The notes: generated from the letters alone by a model not told the origin. Positions 1-14,128 are shown, counted from the stretch's first letter. The stretch is DNA of 64,000 nucleotides from Octopus vulgaris (GCA_951406725.2 OX597832.1:63178001-63242000), one strand, 5' to 3'. Numbers and translations: made by a program.

Positions 1-194
1 AATTTGGCCAAATGCGTTTTTTTTTTTCAATATTTATTTTTGCTTGCAATAGTCGGTTGTTTTTGTCAAACTATCGTATCTCCTGCTGCTTTCCCAAAGT
101 GCCGTGTTATGTCACCAAACATGGGATCATATACGCACACATACACACACACGTGTTTGTGTGTGTGTGTGTGAATAGATATTAGAGAATTTCT

Positions 195-590
195 CGAGTG
201 GCTGTGTGGTACGAAGCTTGCTTCCCAAACACATGGTTCCGGGTTCAGTCCCACTTCGTGGCACCTTGGGCAAGTATCTTCTGCTATAGCCTCAGGTCGT
301 CCAAAGCCTTGTGGGTGGATTTGGTAGATGGAAACTGATAAAAGCCCTCGTATATGTGTGTGTGTGCGCGCGCGCGTCCGTGTGTGTGTGTATGTCTGTG
401 TTTTTCCCCCCATCATCGCTTGACAACCGATGTTGGTGTGTTCACGTCCCTGCAACTCAGCGGTTCGGCAAAAAGAGACCGATAGAATAAGTACTAGGCT
501 TACAAAGAATGAGTCCTGGGGTCGATTTGTTCGACTAAATGCGGTGCTCCAGCATGGCCGCAGTCAAATGACTGAAGCAAATAAAAGAAT
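195..590 (+). mobile_element. tRNA-derived SINE family A (internal microsatellite)
   Basis: Head with A-box TGGCTGTGTGG and B-box GGTTCAGTCC, then CCTTGGGCAAG, an internal (TG)n and tail ...GCAGTCAAATGACTGAA. About 30 related copies or fragments in the window. Confidence 0.85.
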
Positions 591-789
591 ATCTCACGGG
601 ATCGACCAGACTATCGGCCATTGTCATACCCCGCTGGTTACAATACGCTTCGCATTGTATTAGCTTTCGAATGATGCCACACCCCCACGCTTGACGGCCG
701 GGCTTACATTTCCTCTTGAAGTGATCGCCAGGGTTGTTCCCACTTATTGTTGAGTGGACGGTATCCTAACCACTATGCCACGGCGCCTT

Positions 790-992
790 CACACACACAC
801 TCTCACACACTCGCTCACTCACTCAATCACACACTCACTCACTCACTCAATCACACACTCACTCACTCACTCAATCACACACTCACTCACTCTTTTCTAT
901 CTCTTTTACACACACATATACGCTCGCTCTCTCTCCATCTCTCTCTCTCTTACACACATGCACACACAGTCTCTCTCTCTCTCTTTCTCTCT

Positions 993-1061
<69 letters not shown>

Positions 1062-1080
1062 ACACACACACACACACCTC
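790..1080. repeat. Compound minisatellite/microsatellite
   Basis: Three 24-bp AATCACACACTCACTCACTCACTC units followed by (CT)n/(CA)n. Confidence 0.85.
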
Positions 1081-2464
1081 ACTGACTCACAAGTCTCTTC
1101 CGCAAATTTTTCCCAGACCAAATCAGTTGTGACCACAACTATAGCGTAGAAACCTCTTGTATGAAAAGACCGTTTTTGTTTTTTGTTTTTTTGTCCTGAA
1201 TCATTAAAAATGTTCTGTCTTTCACAAACCGCAATCATCACCATAGTTACTCCATCCGTCTTCAACCATCCATTCAACCAGCCAACCACTTATGCTTTTC
1301 ATTCATTCATATAAAAACAGGTCTATGAACTACTAATGGTTTACATTCAGAGCGTCCTTTGGCCCTGAAAGTCGATCTTTAATATTTGATATGTTAATGT
1401 TAACATATTTAATAAATAGACCATTAAAAGACAGCAAGAAATAATAAATTATTCGGTGAGTTTAATGAGAGATCGAACGGAAATCGATCAAATTGCAAAA
1501 TTCGTGTGATTTTGACATTTCTTAAATCGGTGCAAAGGTACATATTTCAGATCAGAAAGAGAAAAGTTGTGTACATATGAAGTTCTGAATGGACCTCCAT
1601 GGTATGAGTGTTATTCGTTGGTATTCATTTCATTGACCCCAGGAAAGCTACCCTAAGAAAGAAGGGAAACAAGATTTGGAACTTAGCGTGAAGAAGTAGG
1701 AAAGTGAATACCACTAAGCATTTAGTCTGGCGCTCAACCGATTCACACATTTATGAGAGAGAGAGGGGGGAGAGAGATGTACATACGTATGCACGCGCAA
1801 GAGCGCTCAATATTGCTTGTAGAGAATACAGCGATTTGTTTTTATTAAACTGACTCGAGTTTCATGCCACAGCGATCTTCAGGTGATGAGGAGCATTTAC
1901 AAAGCTACATCTCTTTCAAATAAATCAGTGCCTTCTTTGAACAAGGACACCTTGGATATTACTAAGACTGCAGCGTTAGATTTGAAAATAAAAGATGGGA
2001 TGGTCAGGAATGGAACGCTTTGGATCATAATTCTGCTTAGGACTGAACTAGGAGAAAACAACAACGGCAAAAACATCAAAAATAATCATAAAAAAGAAGG
2101 CGTCCGTGAAATGACACCCGCAAACCCCTCAAACATTCTTTACTGCATTTAGTTTTATCTTTATCATTTGTTACCAAACTATGTACATCGATTGTGTTAA
2201 GAAGTTAGCAGGGTTCAAACTCACTGCGCAATACGATGGACAAGTTTTGTCATTTTTGTGTGGAGGGGGTTCCGTTTTTCTTTCTTCATTCGCAAAGCAT
2301 TGCTCAGAACAACGCAGTAGTAAGAACTATAGCTGTAAATGGACGATAACAGGGTGGGTGCTTACCCTGTATGTATGTCTGTCTGTCTTTGTCTCTATCT
2401 GTCTGTCTGTCTCTATCTGTCTGCCTATGTGTGCATGTATTCATTTACGTATTCAATCAATCAA

Positions 2465-2504
<40 letters not shown>

Positions 2505-2823
2505 ACGAACGAAGGGCGTTTCAAAAGGTTTAAGACCAACATACCTAGTGACATGTCAAAAGGAAAAAGAAGTATTTTTCATTTTACTTCTCAACTGCAT
2601 ATTTTTTATTGTTCACGAAAGTCGCCGTTTCATCTCGAAGCATTTTTCGTATTGTTTACACAGTTGTTCAGTGCAGTTTCCGTCTACTAAATTCACTTTC
2701 AATGCATTTGGTCGACCTATAATACTTGTCCAAAGTATCACGCCAGTAAACTGAACCCGAAATCACGTGATTGTGAAACAAACTTTTCACCCACGCAGCT
2801 ATACTTAATAATATATACATATT

Positions 2824-2864
<41 letters not shown>

Positions 2865-3794
2865 AATGTCTGGTAAATATACATACGACAAAACAAAACT
2901 GAATATTAACAACTGGTTGATAACTGGTTGATAAGAATGAGCGATCTTCTGTGTTTGTCACCCGTCCGGTTTTACACTCAGTATACGTTATGTCGCAACT
3001 TTATTTACCATATTTCTTTTAAGTAATGGAACGCAACATACACCGAATATATATATATATATATATATATAAATGGAACATAAACGCAATAGTGGCAGAC
3101 TTAGAAGAAATAGTAAGTCACCCCTTCAACTCGTAGAGTGGGTTGGCACCTTGGACAAGTGCTACATCCCCTTAGCCTTCTGTGTCAGGGTTACAGTGAA
3201 GACATCGACAGCAGGACGTTGGATAACTGACAAAGCAGAGGAGAGTCCTAGACCAATGGGTTGAAGATTATTGTGGCCAAGTGGGAGATCTGTACCATCA
3301 GACAACGGTTGAACGTCAACTAGAGACTGAGCTGCTATTGCGTGGCAACCTCATCGTCGGCCATGCTCATTGCACTCTTGTACACTATTTTGGCGCCTGG
3401 CATTGAGGTCAAGAAAGGCAGACTGATGGTGGGGATGACACCAACTGCCTTGCTCACCGTCCAAAGACGTTTCGTTCTGAGAAGTTCTGAACAGAACAGT
3501 GAACGTCCAACATGGCTTCTAGATTTTGGGTTTCAATTAGTTCATTCAGTCACCTGGTACTAATGTTGTAGAAGCCACACCAGTTCTTTACTTTCTTCTT
3601 AGAGCCACATGCAATCACAACATGTACATACACACGCACATGCGTGTCTTTTGAGTTTTGCGAGAGAAGGAATACTTTATATATTTTCTGTAGTTTATTT
3701 GTCACTTTGTATTAAGAATCGTTGTTGTTGGCGTAAGAGTTACATCGGACACAAAACTCTGAGTTGCAGCAGAGGGAGTCCCCATTTTCGCACT

Positions 3795-3838
<44 letters not shown>

Positions 3839-4686
3839 TTTGTTTTGGCGAAAGATATACTACAACATATCAGTAAGAATCTTGATAAACCGGTTGTCGA
3901 ACAAAAATTATATCGCGGTATATATTCCGCCTGAATTATCGCTGCTGCTATCTTTAACACAACAAACCAGGAACATTGGATCATTAGAGACCTTCAACCA
4001 TCGATAACAATGTTTACGCAAAGCATAATATAAAATATTTAATAAAAGCATTATACTAAAAACATTATATAAAATAGTTAAGAGGCCATTTTGTTTGTGG
4101 AGTATATATGTGTGAGCCACTAAATTATTCCGTGTCATTAAGAGATAGATAGATAGATAGATAGATAGATATTGAATAGATTCACAAAGTATGTTTCATT
4201 AACAGAATAAGAGCTAAATGCAATATGTTAAAAGCGCTAGAGGTATAATCATTTTATCTTTTGCAAGTTTTCGTCATTAGACTGTGGCCACGCTGGTGCA
4301 TCGCTGTGCAGGGTTTTAGTGGAATCACTCTTTCCTTATACTTTTAAGTTTGATACTTCAGTTGCTATTTCTAGCAGATCAAGAGCCCACGTGTAGCTAC
4401 TTCTTTTTTAACTAAACTGTATGTTTAGAATATAGAAAAGTGTCCATTGAAAGATATTTTGTCTGACAACTACAATCGTTATGCTTGCAAATATAATGAT
4501 ATGAGTAGAGCCGATAGAATACTCGTTTTATCTACTTCGGAATAATGAAGGACGGAGATGTTCAAGTAACGGACAAGATGCCTTACTAAGTTAAATTCGG
4601 AACTATGTCTTGCTGATGTCTCTTTCATATTGAAGTAGAAACATGTCTAAAGTTATTTAATAATGAGACTGCCATTATCAATAATC

Positions 4687-4749
<63 letters not shown>

Positions 4750-4759
4750 TACTACTACT

Positions 4760-5165
4760 AAGGCGGCGAGCTGGCAGAATCGTTAGCATACCGGGTGAAA
4801 TGCTTTGCAGTATTTCGCCTGTCTCTACATTCTGAGTTCAAATTCCGCCGAGGTCGACTTTGCCTTTCATCCTTTCGAGGTCGATTAAATAAGTACCAGT
4901 TACGCACTGGGGTCGATATAATCGACTTAATCCGTGTGTCTGTCCTTGTTTGTCCTCTCTGTGTTTAGGCCCTTGTGGGTAGTAAAGAAATAGAAATAGG
5001 TATTTCGCCTGTCTCTACATTCTGTCTTCAAATTCCGCTAAGATCGACTTTGTAGTACATCCTTTTGGGGTTGATAAAATAAGTACCATTTTCGCACTGA
5101 GGTCGATGTAATCGACTTAATCCCTCCCCCAAAATTGCTGCCCTTGTGGAAAAATTTGAAATTAT
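4760..5165 (+). mobile_element. SINE family B, nested pair, after (ATT)n
   Basis: Head GGCGGCGAGCTGGCAGAA...GAGTTCAAATTCCGCC and central GCCTTTCATCCTTTCGGGGTCGATAAA...AAGTACCAG (Meta-domain-like, from memory). Confidence 0.82.
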
Positions 5166-5319
5166 TATTATTGTGAGACCCCATTCGCAAACTATGGGTC
5201 AACTCGAGCCTGTGGTAAAAGAAGGACCTTGCCTAAGAAATCGAGCAGGGGACCACGTAATTTCGAAGCTAACATCTTAACGACACACCCACCACAACTG
5301 CACCCACGCTCTTTCGTAT

Positions 5320-5716
5320 TCTTTTATTTGTTTCAGTCATTTGACTGCGGCCATGCTGGAGCACCGCCTTTAGTCGAGCAAATCTACCCCAGGAATTATC
5401 TTTTGTAAGCCTAGTACTTATTTTATCGGTCTCTTTTGCCGAACCGCTAAGCTATGGGGACGTAAACACACCAACATCGGTTGTCAAGCGATGACGGGGG
5501 ACAAACACACACATATACACACATACTCACACACACACACACACACACATACATATACGATGGCCTTTCAGTTTCTGCCTGCCAAATCCACTGACAAGGC
5601 TTTGGTCGGCCCGAGGTTATAGTAGACGCTTGCCCAAGGTGCCACGCAATGGGGCTGAACACAGAACCATGGTGGTTGGTAAGCAAGTTACTCACCACAC
5701 GCCCACACCTGCGCCT
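5320..5716 (-). mobile_element. SINE family A
   Basis: Full-length reverse-complement copy. Confidence 0.85.
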
Positions 5717-6350
5717 ATATACATATAAAAAAATATATATTTATCATTGCCGTTGCCATAGTTATTTTTATGCCCTCGTACACAAATATTACCATAAGGT
5801 TAACCTTGATGACACAGGACACCTGAATATTTTCCCCGAAACTATCACGAACACACATTTCATCTGTCTCGATTATATCAGATTACTCAGACATATATGT
5901 CACCATCTCGGTCAAATTTTTCACTATAAAACTGTCATCATTAACTAAGTTTGTTCCACTAATCTGATTCAATGTTCAGATATTGTGATAATCGCAAGCT
6001 GTAGGCCCAGGGGGGTGGCTGTTAATTTCACCGGTTCGCTTCAAAGATCTGATCTTTTCACATCTCTCTATTTTCTAAAATTCCAAATTAACAGATTTTA
6101 TCTGTTATTTTCCTTCTTTGTGATTTATTAGTTTTAAACACGCCTACATGTAGATTTGTCTGTTAATTACGCGGATAATCTCGGTTAATCGAAGTTTTGG
6201 GTGGGTGGAGGCGTTTAACTCACGGTATAAACAGATCTTACTAGTATTTTCTCCCTTGTTTATAAATTTTAAACACACACAGACGGAGTTTTCCTCTATT
6301 AATTACAAGGATAATCACACTCAAAGATTTCATCTGACGGTATTACATAT

Positions 6351-6580
6351 GCGGTGAGCTGGCAGAATCGTAAGTACGACGGACAATATGATTAGCGGTA
6401 TTTCGTCTGCCGTTACGTTCTGAGTTCAAATTCCGCCGAGGTCAACTTTGCCTTTCATCCTTTCGGGGTCGATAAATTAAGTACCAGTTACGCACTGGGG
6501 TCGATGTAATCGACTTAATCCGTTTGTCTGTCCTTGTTTGTCCCCTCTATGTTTAGCCCCTTGTGGGTAGAAAAGAAACA
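6351..6580 (+). mobile_element. SINE family B with 14-bp TSD
   Basis: GGTATTACATATGC at 6339-6352 and 6581-6594. Confidence 0.88.
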
Positions 6581-7205
6581 GGTATTACATATGCAAGAAC
6601 CTATCGTGTGTTTAGTATCCAGAATACTCCCAGAAGTAGTTTTCTGATGACCATATTGTTAAGATCATTAACTCTTTTAACCTGCCAGTAGGCATTAGCG
6701 GAAACGATTTCGTCTGACTATTATACTTCTAGAAGACGCAAAAACGTGCGGTCTCATGGTTTTCATTATACGATTGGCAGAAACATCGTCCGTTTTCAGT
6801 TGTGAGCCCAAAACCACGTGACCTCCAGCTTTTACGTCTTCCAGGGGCATCGTAGTCAAGCGAAATTGCGCTCGCTAAAGAGTAGTCGCGAATTCAGACA
6901 TGTTATTGCTTCGATTCTTGCTGTTCTGCGTGAATTATTCGGTTTGGAAGACATCTGCACGCATCAGCAAATAATTTGTTTAGTGATTTTTATAAAAAGG
7001 AGCTCTTGTTAGATCCATCGGTCCGATGAAATAGTGTTAAATGGGGAAACAAGCAATAAGGCCGAAACGCCGCAGTATCACAAAGTCCCCTTACACTGGT
7101 GAATCGTGTGTGCTATGATCGCGCATCGTTTAAAGACAGATGCTTTCTTATAACGGAAAGCAACGGCGATCAAATATCCACGTTCAAGTTTTCTAGAATG
7201 TAATA

Positions 7206-7771
7206 TTGGGTTGTCCGGAAAGTTCGTGCCGATTTTTAAAGGAAAGAAAAAGGTCAATAATAAATACCTGCCATTACATTTTTAATCAACCTAATATGAA
7301 CCATTTTGTTGCACAATGCGTCTCCATCTTTCCTTTAATTCGAAAATACCCTCTTCCCAGAATTGAGGTGGTTTCATGGCAAAGAATTCATCTAGGTTTA
7401 TTTTTACGTCATCCAAGTAATTGAAATTTTTACCATTAAGACTATTCTGCAGAGACCTGAACCAGCGGAAATTCGAAGGAACAATATCTGGTGAATATGG
7501 AGGGTGGGGTTACACATCCCAGCCGAGCTGCAGCAATTTTTGTCTGGTCTCCAAAGCATCAAGTGCGGAAAATGAACTTTCTCATCTTCCATTTTAAAGG
7601 GTTACAGAATTAACACAGGTTATAGGAATATAAATCTTCTTCCACGAAAAGGTAGCTTATACTGTGCTCTAAATGGCGGTGTAGTCTAATCTTATATTAT
7701 GGACTCAATGTTCTAAAATAAGTCGAAAGGTAAGCTACTATAAATCGACACGAACTTTCCGGACAACTCAA
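7206..7771 (-). mobile_element. Internally deleted mariner transposon
   Basis: ~30 bp TIRs TTGGGTTGTCCGGAAAGTTCGTGCCGATTT / AAATCGACACGAACTTTCCGGACAACTCAA with TA on both sides. The minus strand gives the transposase N-terminus MEDEKVHFPHLMLW joined to TRQKLLQLGWDV*PHPPYSPDIVPSNFRWFRSLQNSL...FFAMKPPQFWEEGIFELKERW. Confidence 0.93.
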
Positions 7772-9194
7772 TAAGAATGAATAGATATGAAATTGCTTGG
7801 ATTGTCGCTCTTCTGTGAACACCTCATCAGCATGCTTCGGCAAATAATTTGTTTGATTTCTATAAACAAGAGCTTGTACACTTGTTAGATCCGATCGATT
7901 GGTTCGGTGGATTAGCTTTGATTGAGGAGACACACAATAAGAGCGAAACGCCATGAAGTCTCAGAGTCACCTTACAACAATGAATCGCGCTAGCTATGAG
8001 CACAGGTTGACTAAAGATATGAGGTGTTCTCCGATGACGCAAAACAACAACGTTTGAATCTGCCAGATCGTATCAGTAACGAAGAGATACGTTATTGTTT
8101 GAATTCTCGCTGTTCTACGTGGACCCCGTGAATTTGTGACTATTGCTATTAAAAGCAATGCTAAAAATACTAACGTCTGTCATGTACGCTTTGGAATTCC
8201 TGACTTGCAAAACATGATACATATTTACATTTAGTACAATATCTAATTGTGTTTTATCTAATTGTGTTATAGGAATATATAAAAGTAAGTCAGTCTGACA
8301 CAATGTCTTTTTCTTTCGTTTGGCGGTGTTTTTTTTTTTTCAACGAAACACTATCTTTATCTTTACAGACGCGATACAACGATTATAATTATGAGAAGAG
8401 AATTATGTGAATGACAAAAATTTACGTGTGTGTGTAGGTGTGTGTGTTTCTCTCTATAAAATTCACTCACAAGGTACTGGTGGCCCTAGGAAGCGCTGGG
8501 TTAACCATTATGCAAAATAAACACGTGCTTAGAGCATCAAAGGAATGATGGGTACCACAAGAATGGTATATGGTTCACGGCACAAAAGAAATCACTTTAA
8601 ACTTGCTAGAATAATATTCGAAGTTGTTTGTATGATCGGAAATATAAATTCGAGGTGTTCATGGTTTCATTGTGAGGATCTGATCAAAGACTTTGCAATT
8701 AAGAAAAAAAAAAGTAGGAGAAATTTTTTAAAATATAAGTAACTTGGATGTGCAAAACGTAAACATAATTTGCATCTTACTAAGGCGCTGAATTGACAGA
8801 ACCGTTTGCACGCCGGGCGAAATGCTTAGGGATATTTCGGCCTTCTTTACGTTCTGAGTTCAGATTCCACCAAGGTCGACTCTGCCTTTCGTTCCTCGGG
8901 GTCATAACTTAAATACTAATGAAACACTGGGATCGATTTAATCCCCTAAAATTTCAGACCTTGTGCCTATGCTAGAAACAATTATTTTCCATTTTACTAT
9001 TTGTCTTGTTTAATTTTTGAAGCGTAAAATTTTATTTTATAGTTTATTGTCGTTTATATTACATATATTTGGGGGTCTCCAAAATCTAAGTGCTTAGGGC
9101 CTCTATGGTACTTAATCCGGCCCTGGGGCTCCCCGGGCTATAGTAGAAGACATTTGCCTAAGATCACACACACACGCATACACACACATATATT

Positions 9195-9381
9195 CTTTTA
9201 TTTTATTTGTTTGTCATTTGACTGCGGCCATGCTGGAGCACCGCTTTTAGTCGAGCAAATCGATCCTAGGACTTATTCTTTTTAAGCCTAGTACTTATTC
9301 TAGTACTTTTGCCAAACTGGTAAGTTACGGAGACGTAAACACACCAGCATCGATTGTCAAGCGATGCTGGGGGACACGCAT

Positions 9382-9464
<83 letters not shown>

Positions 9465-9622
9465 CGACGGCCTTCTTTCAGTTTCCGTCTGCCAAATCCA
9501 CTCACAAGGCTTTGGTCGGCCTGATGCTATAATAGAAGACACTTGCCCAAGGTGCCACGCAGTGAGACTGAACCCAGAGTCATGTGGTTGATAAGCAAGC
9601 TACTAACCACCCAGCCACTCCT
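9195..9622 (-). mobile_element. SINE family A
   Basis: Full-length reverse-complement copy; another partial copy lies at ~9950-10238. Confidence 0.85.
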
Positions 9623-10611
9623 ATAGATTAATAATGAGAACAGAGATTTATACATCCAGTTTTATTCTGCTGTCAATCACGTCTTTCCATTTCTGCACCC
9701 ACATGTTTCTGCTGCAATGTAGTGCACACTGCAAAGTTTTACACTTTGGTGTTAATTGCCGCTTCTTCAAGGTGCTATTAACGGCGTTTCAGAGCCAGTC
9801 TGAACTAAATACAAGTCCAACCAAAATATTTCATACACGTGGTGTTAGTAGAGCCAAACTAGATGGGAGAGGAAGCAAACGGTGAGAATCGTGTGTTGAA
9901 GAAATTTAGCAAATTCTTTAATCAAAATACATATTCATAAACCATAGACGCGAGTATTTATTCTATCCGTTTCTTTTGCCGAACCGCAAAGTTTCAGGGC
10001 CGTAAACACACCGACACCAGTTGTCAAACGGTGGAGGGGCACAAACACAAACCCAAAGATATATATACATGCATGCACACGACGGGCTTCATTCAGTTTC
10101 CGTCAGCCAAATCCACTCACAAGACTTTGCTCGGCCCGAGGCTACAGTAGAAGACACTTGTCCAAGGTGCCACACAGCGGCACTGAAACCGGGACCATGT
10201 GGTTGGGGAGCAAGCATCTTACCACACAGCCACGCCTATATATATATAAATTTAAATTGTTTCAGACACCGCCTTTAAGAACTTTAGTCGAACGCTATTT
10301 CCCATGCTGATTGAATAAATTGTCTAATTGATCGTTCAACGGGATGGTCATTTGTCGAAATAGACAGGAGAGTCCATCAATATTTGCAAGAAATAGTAGT
10401 CATATCTCCCTAAAATTCCAAACTCCTCTTTTACAAAATGCAGATTTCATAATATGGCCCAATGTTACCAGCACATGCGAAACATACGGGATGGTCACGA
10501 CTGGAATAGTTGTCATCAAAGATTTGCTCCGAGATGACTGGCCTGGAACTAAACTACAAGAATCTACCTCAAAGACTACTTTCTTTAGTGTGTGTGAATG
10601 AATAAATAAAT

Positions 10612-10667
<56 letters not shown>

Positions 10668-10864
10668 GTATGTATATATATATACGTATGTATAATATAC
10701 ATACACATATACATGTGTGTGTGTGTGTATTTGTGTGTCGCAAAAGAGATCGATGGAATAAGTACTAAGCTTACAAAGAATAGGTCTTCAGGTCAATTTG
10801 TTCTACTAAAGACGGTACTCCAGCATGGCCGCAGTGAAATGACTGAAACCAGTTAAAGAAATGA

Positions 10865-10924
<60 letters not shown>

Positions 10925-11476
10925 CCTAAGGCGGTGCCATTCTTTTTCGCGTTACCTTCAAACGTACTGGACACGATTTTCTCAGCTCGCCCCCCTGTGT
11001 ATAGTCCTTTAGGACAGTTTCCATTTCTCCTTCGCGTTATCCATTTTTGTCTTTGAGCCCCAAGGCTTTACGTTGTATGCTTTATCATTATCAATTCTTG
11101 TCTCCGTATGGCTCTAAGCCTTTATTCTGTTTATTCTTTTGTCCCCCGTCCGTCCACTAACGGCCTCGTCTCGAGCCCGTCTCGTTTTGGTATGTTTAGG
11201 TCCCATTCCCGGCAAGTTCCTTGTCGATGCCTCCAGCGTAGAAGGAATATTATCGATAATGGCTGAAACTGCGTTTGACTCCTCTGGTTGATAACTGATA
11301 GAGAATTGGTGAGCTGTTTTCTGTCCGCCTGTGTATTTAGTATTCGTTTGCTTGTTTATTTACTACGCATTTTCTTTTTTAATTATATACATAAACATGT
11401 CATATTTTCCGTTTGTTGTCTTTTTATTTAATCCTGAAAATATTTATATAACGCATACACTCCTTAATTTTTTTTA

Positions 11477-11534
<58 letters not shown>

Positions 11535-11540
11535 TGTATG

Positions 11541-11576
<36 letters not shown>

Positions 11577-11580
<4 letters not shown>

Positions 11581-11915
11581 AGTGGCTGTGTGGTAAGTAG
11601 TTTGTTTACCAACCACACGGTTCTGAGTTCAGTCTCACTGCGTGGCACCTTGGGCAAGTGTCTTCTTCTATAGCGTCGAGCCGACCAAAGCCTTGTGAGT
11701 GGATTTGGTAGATGGCAATTGAAAGAATCACGTGTGTGTATCTTTGTCTGTGTTTGTTCCCCACCTACATCGCTTGACAATCGATGATGGTGTGTTTACG
11801 TCCCCATAACTTAGTGGTTCGGCATAAGAGGCCGACAGAACAAGTACCAGATTTACAAAGACTAAGTGCAGGGGTCAATTTCTTCGACTAAAAGTCGATA
11901 CTCCAGTATGGCTGC
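11577..11915 (+). mobile_element. SINE family A
   Basis: Matches the family head and tail. Confidence 0.8.
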
Positions 11916-12080
11916 AGGGGGAAATCCGCGAAGTGGAAACAGTATTGTATATTTTTTTGCATTTTCATAATTTGTATATATATATTTTATTATAAATGCA
12001 AAACAACACCATGGAGGAATCGACGTAAGCTTAAATAATAAACCGCGATAGGTGAACCGCAATATGGCGAGGGATTACTC

Positions 12081-12112
<32 letters not shown>

Positions 12113-12176
12113 GTGTGTGTGTATCGTTGGCGATTTTCTTCCTCCGTCTTTCCTTTCTTTGGACTTTCCTCTATTG

Positions 12177-12206
12177 CTGAAGAAGAGCTTTGCTCGAAAC
12201 GTTAAA
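12177..12206 (+). ncRNA. Hammerhead-like core in a (TA)n-embedded ~190 bp element
   Basis: CTGAAGA A GAGC-TTT-GCTC GAAA CGTT AAA. One extra base before stem II, and stem I is weak. Confidence 0.5.
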
Positions 12207-12302
12207 TCCCCTTTCCTTTCTTTCCTGAGCGTCTGATAATATAGAATTTGTACTACGTCCTCACGTTATTGTTTTTTCTTGTTTGTTCTTCTTTGTTTGG
12301 AG

Positions 12303-12391
<89 letters not shown>

Positions 12392-12977
12392 AAAATGTAT
12401 GCAGAGAAAGAAAGAGTATACCGGGCTCCCACAGTTTCTCTCTACGAAACTTACTCAGAAGGCATTGTTCGACGTCAGTCAATAATGGAAGACGCTTCTC
12501 CAAGGCGCCGCGCAGTGTGAGCGAACCCGAAACCAGAGTATTGCAAACCTAGCTTTTTAACCACATAACTATGCCTACGCCTTTGCAATTATACACATAT
12601 TTGTGTGTTTTCTGGCAATAATAAATATAAAAAATTCCATTATAGAAATATCATAATAGTAATGATGATGATAATAATTTCTGGTCGTTTTTCAATATGT
12701 TTAGGCCAACCCACTCCCAATAAATAATAGGAATGTATCAGGAAGAATCTTACGCTAAATCGACAAAAGCATTTTCGTGTTGTAAAGGAATAACATAGGT
12801 TTTGTGGAGTGACTCAAGACCAATGTCTTTCTTTATTTGTTAAAATACTGCGTGGCAACCGCCTCCAGAGACTCGTTCGATCCCAAACTTTGTATTGTAA
12901 GGTACTTAGAGTATATTGTCGTACATAGCACAAAACAATAATAATAATAATAATGGTGACGATAATAATAATAATAA

Positions 12978-13270
12978 TTACAGAGACTGTGGAAAGTGCG
13001 GGTAAGATGTATCCCAGTAATTATAGGTGCATTGGGAACTATTCCTAAAGATCTGAACAGATGGACATAGGAAATGGGCATAAAACCCATTTTTGTACAG
13101 CTGCAGAAATCAGTGATAATAGCGACAGCTAGGATACTTAGGAGGGTTCTTGGCATTTAAGGTTACTTGCTGTAACCCGACAGGAGGGTTCTTGGCATCT
13201 AGGGCTACTTGTTGTAGGGCTACCGATGTTAGGATTCTTTTCTTTCTAACAGTCTAATATGTTGAGTGTA
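12978..13270 (+). mobile_element. 3' fragment of an R4/Dong (or NeSL)-type non-LTR retrotransposon
   Basis: LQRLWKVRVRCIPVIIGALGTIPKDLNRWT*EMGIKPIFVQLQKSVIIATARILRRVLGI* resembles the C-terminus of the restriction-like endonuclease. It abuts a (TAA)n tract. Confidence 0.85.
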
Positions 13271-14057
13271 TTATAATGGTTTCAAATTTTGCCTCAAGGG
13301 CCGCAATTTTGTGGGGAGGGGATGAGTCGATTACATCGACCCCAGTACACAACTGGTCATTATTTTATCGACCCCGAGGGATGAAAGGCAAAGTCGACCC
13401 GGCGGCATTTGAATTCAGAACGTAAAGACAGACGAATACCACAAAGCATTACGCCCAGCATGCTAACAATTCTACCAGCCTGCCGCCTTAAACGCATTTA
13501 TAATGTCTATCTATCTATCTAGTATTATTCTGCACGTTTATAATGACACAAATTAATACTAGATAGATATAGACATAAACGAGATAATGTGCATACTTAG
13601 TCTCAAGTCGGCTCTGAATAATGGAACCTATGACAAAGGCCATACCATCCGATACGCACGCATATCACAGACGACGAGTAAATTACACCAAATACAGTAA
13701 AATTTACATAACTGTGTAATATATTTTGCGGATCAATAATCAAAATATTTAACAAGTGAAATGAAAAGAAATTATTATTTAGGCATATTTTTTTTTTTGA
13801 TAGATAAAAGAGGTGTTTTTTAAAGCTTAAACATTTTTTTATATTTTTGATTTATATATATATATTGATGTCGTGAGAACAAAACTAAATTTTTAAATAA
13901 AATTTTTAATGTCCAGAGAAGCGTGAACGTTTGAGAAGGTTTTTTTTTATTCAAAGCTAGTGAAAAGGGTGCATTTTTTTACATGTTAGTTTTATTATCT
14001 GAAAATTAGATTAGCAGATAGAAAATCGACACACAGACAGGTGTGCATGTATACATG

Positions 14058-14061
<4 letters not shown>

Positions 14062-14128
<67 letters not shown>
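14062..14128. repeat. Long (TA)n microsatellite, representative of many in the window
   Basis: Uninterrupted TA run. Confidence 0.95.

Noticed and set aside
66-663. Recurrent peptides such as EDTCPRCHAVGLNPEPCGW in many ORFs
   Set aside because: They are translations of SINE family A copies, not a protein family.
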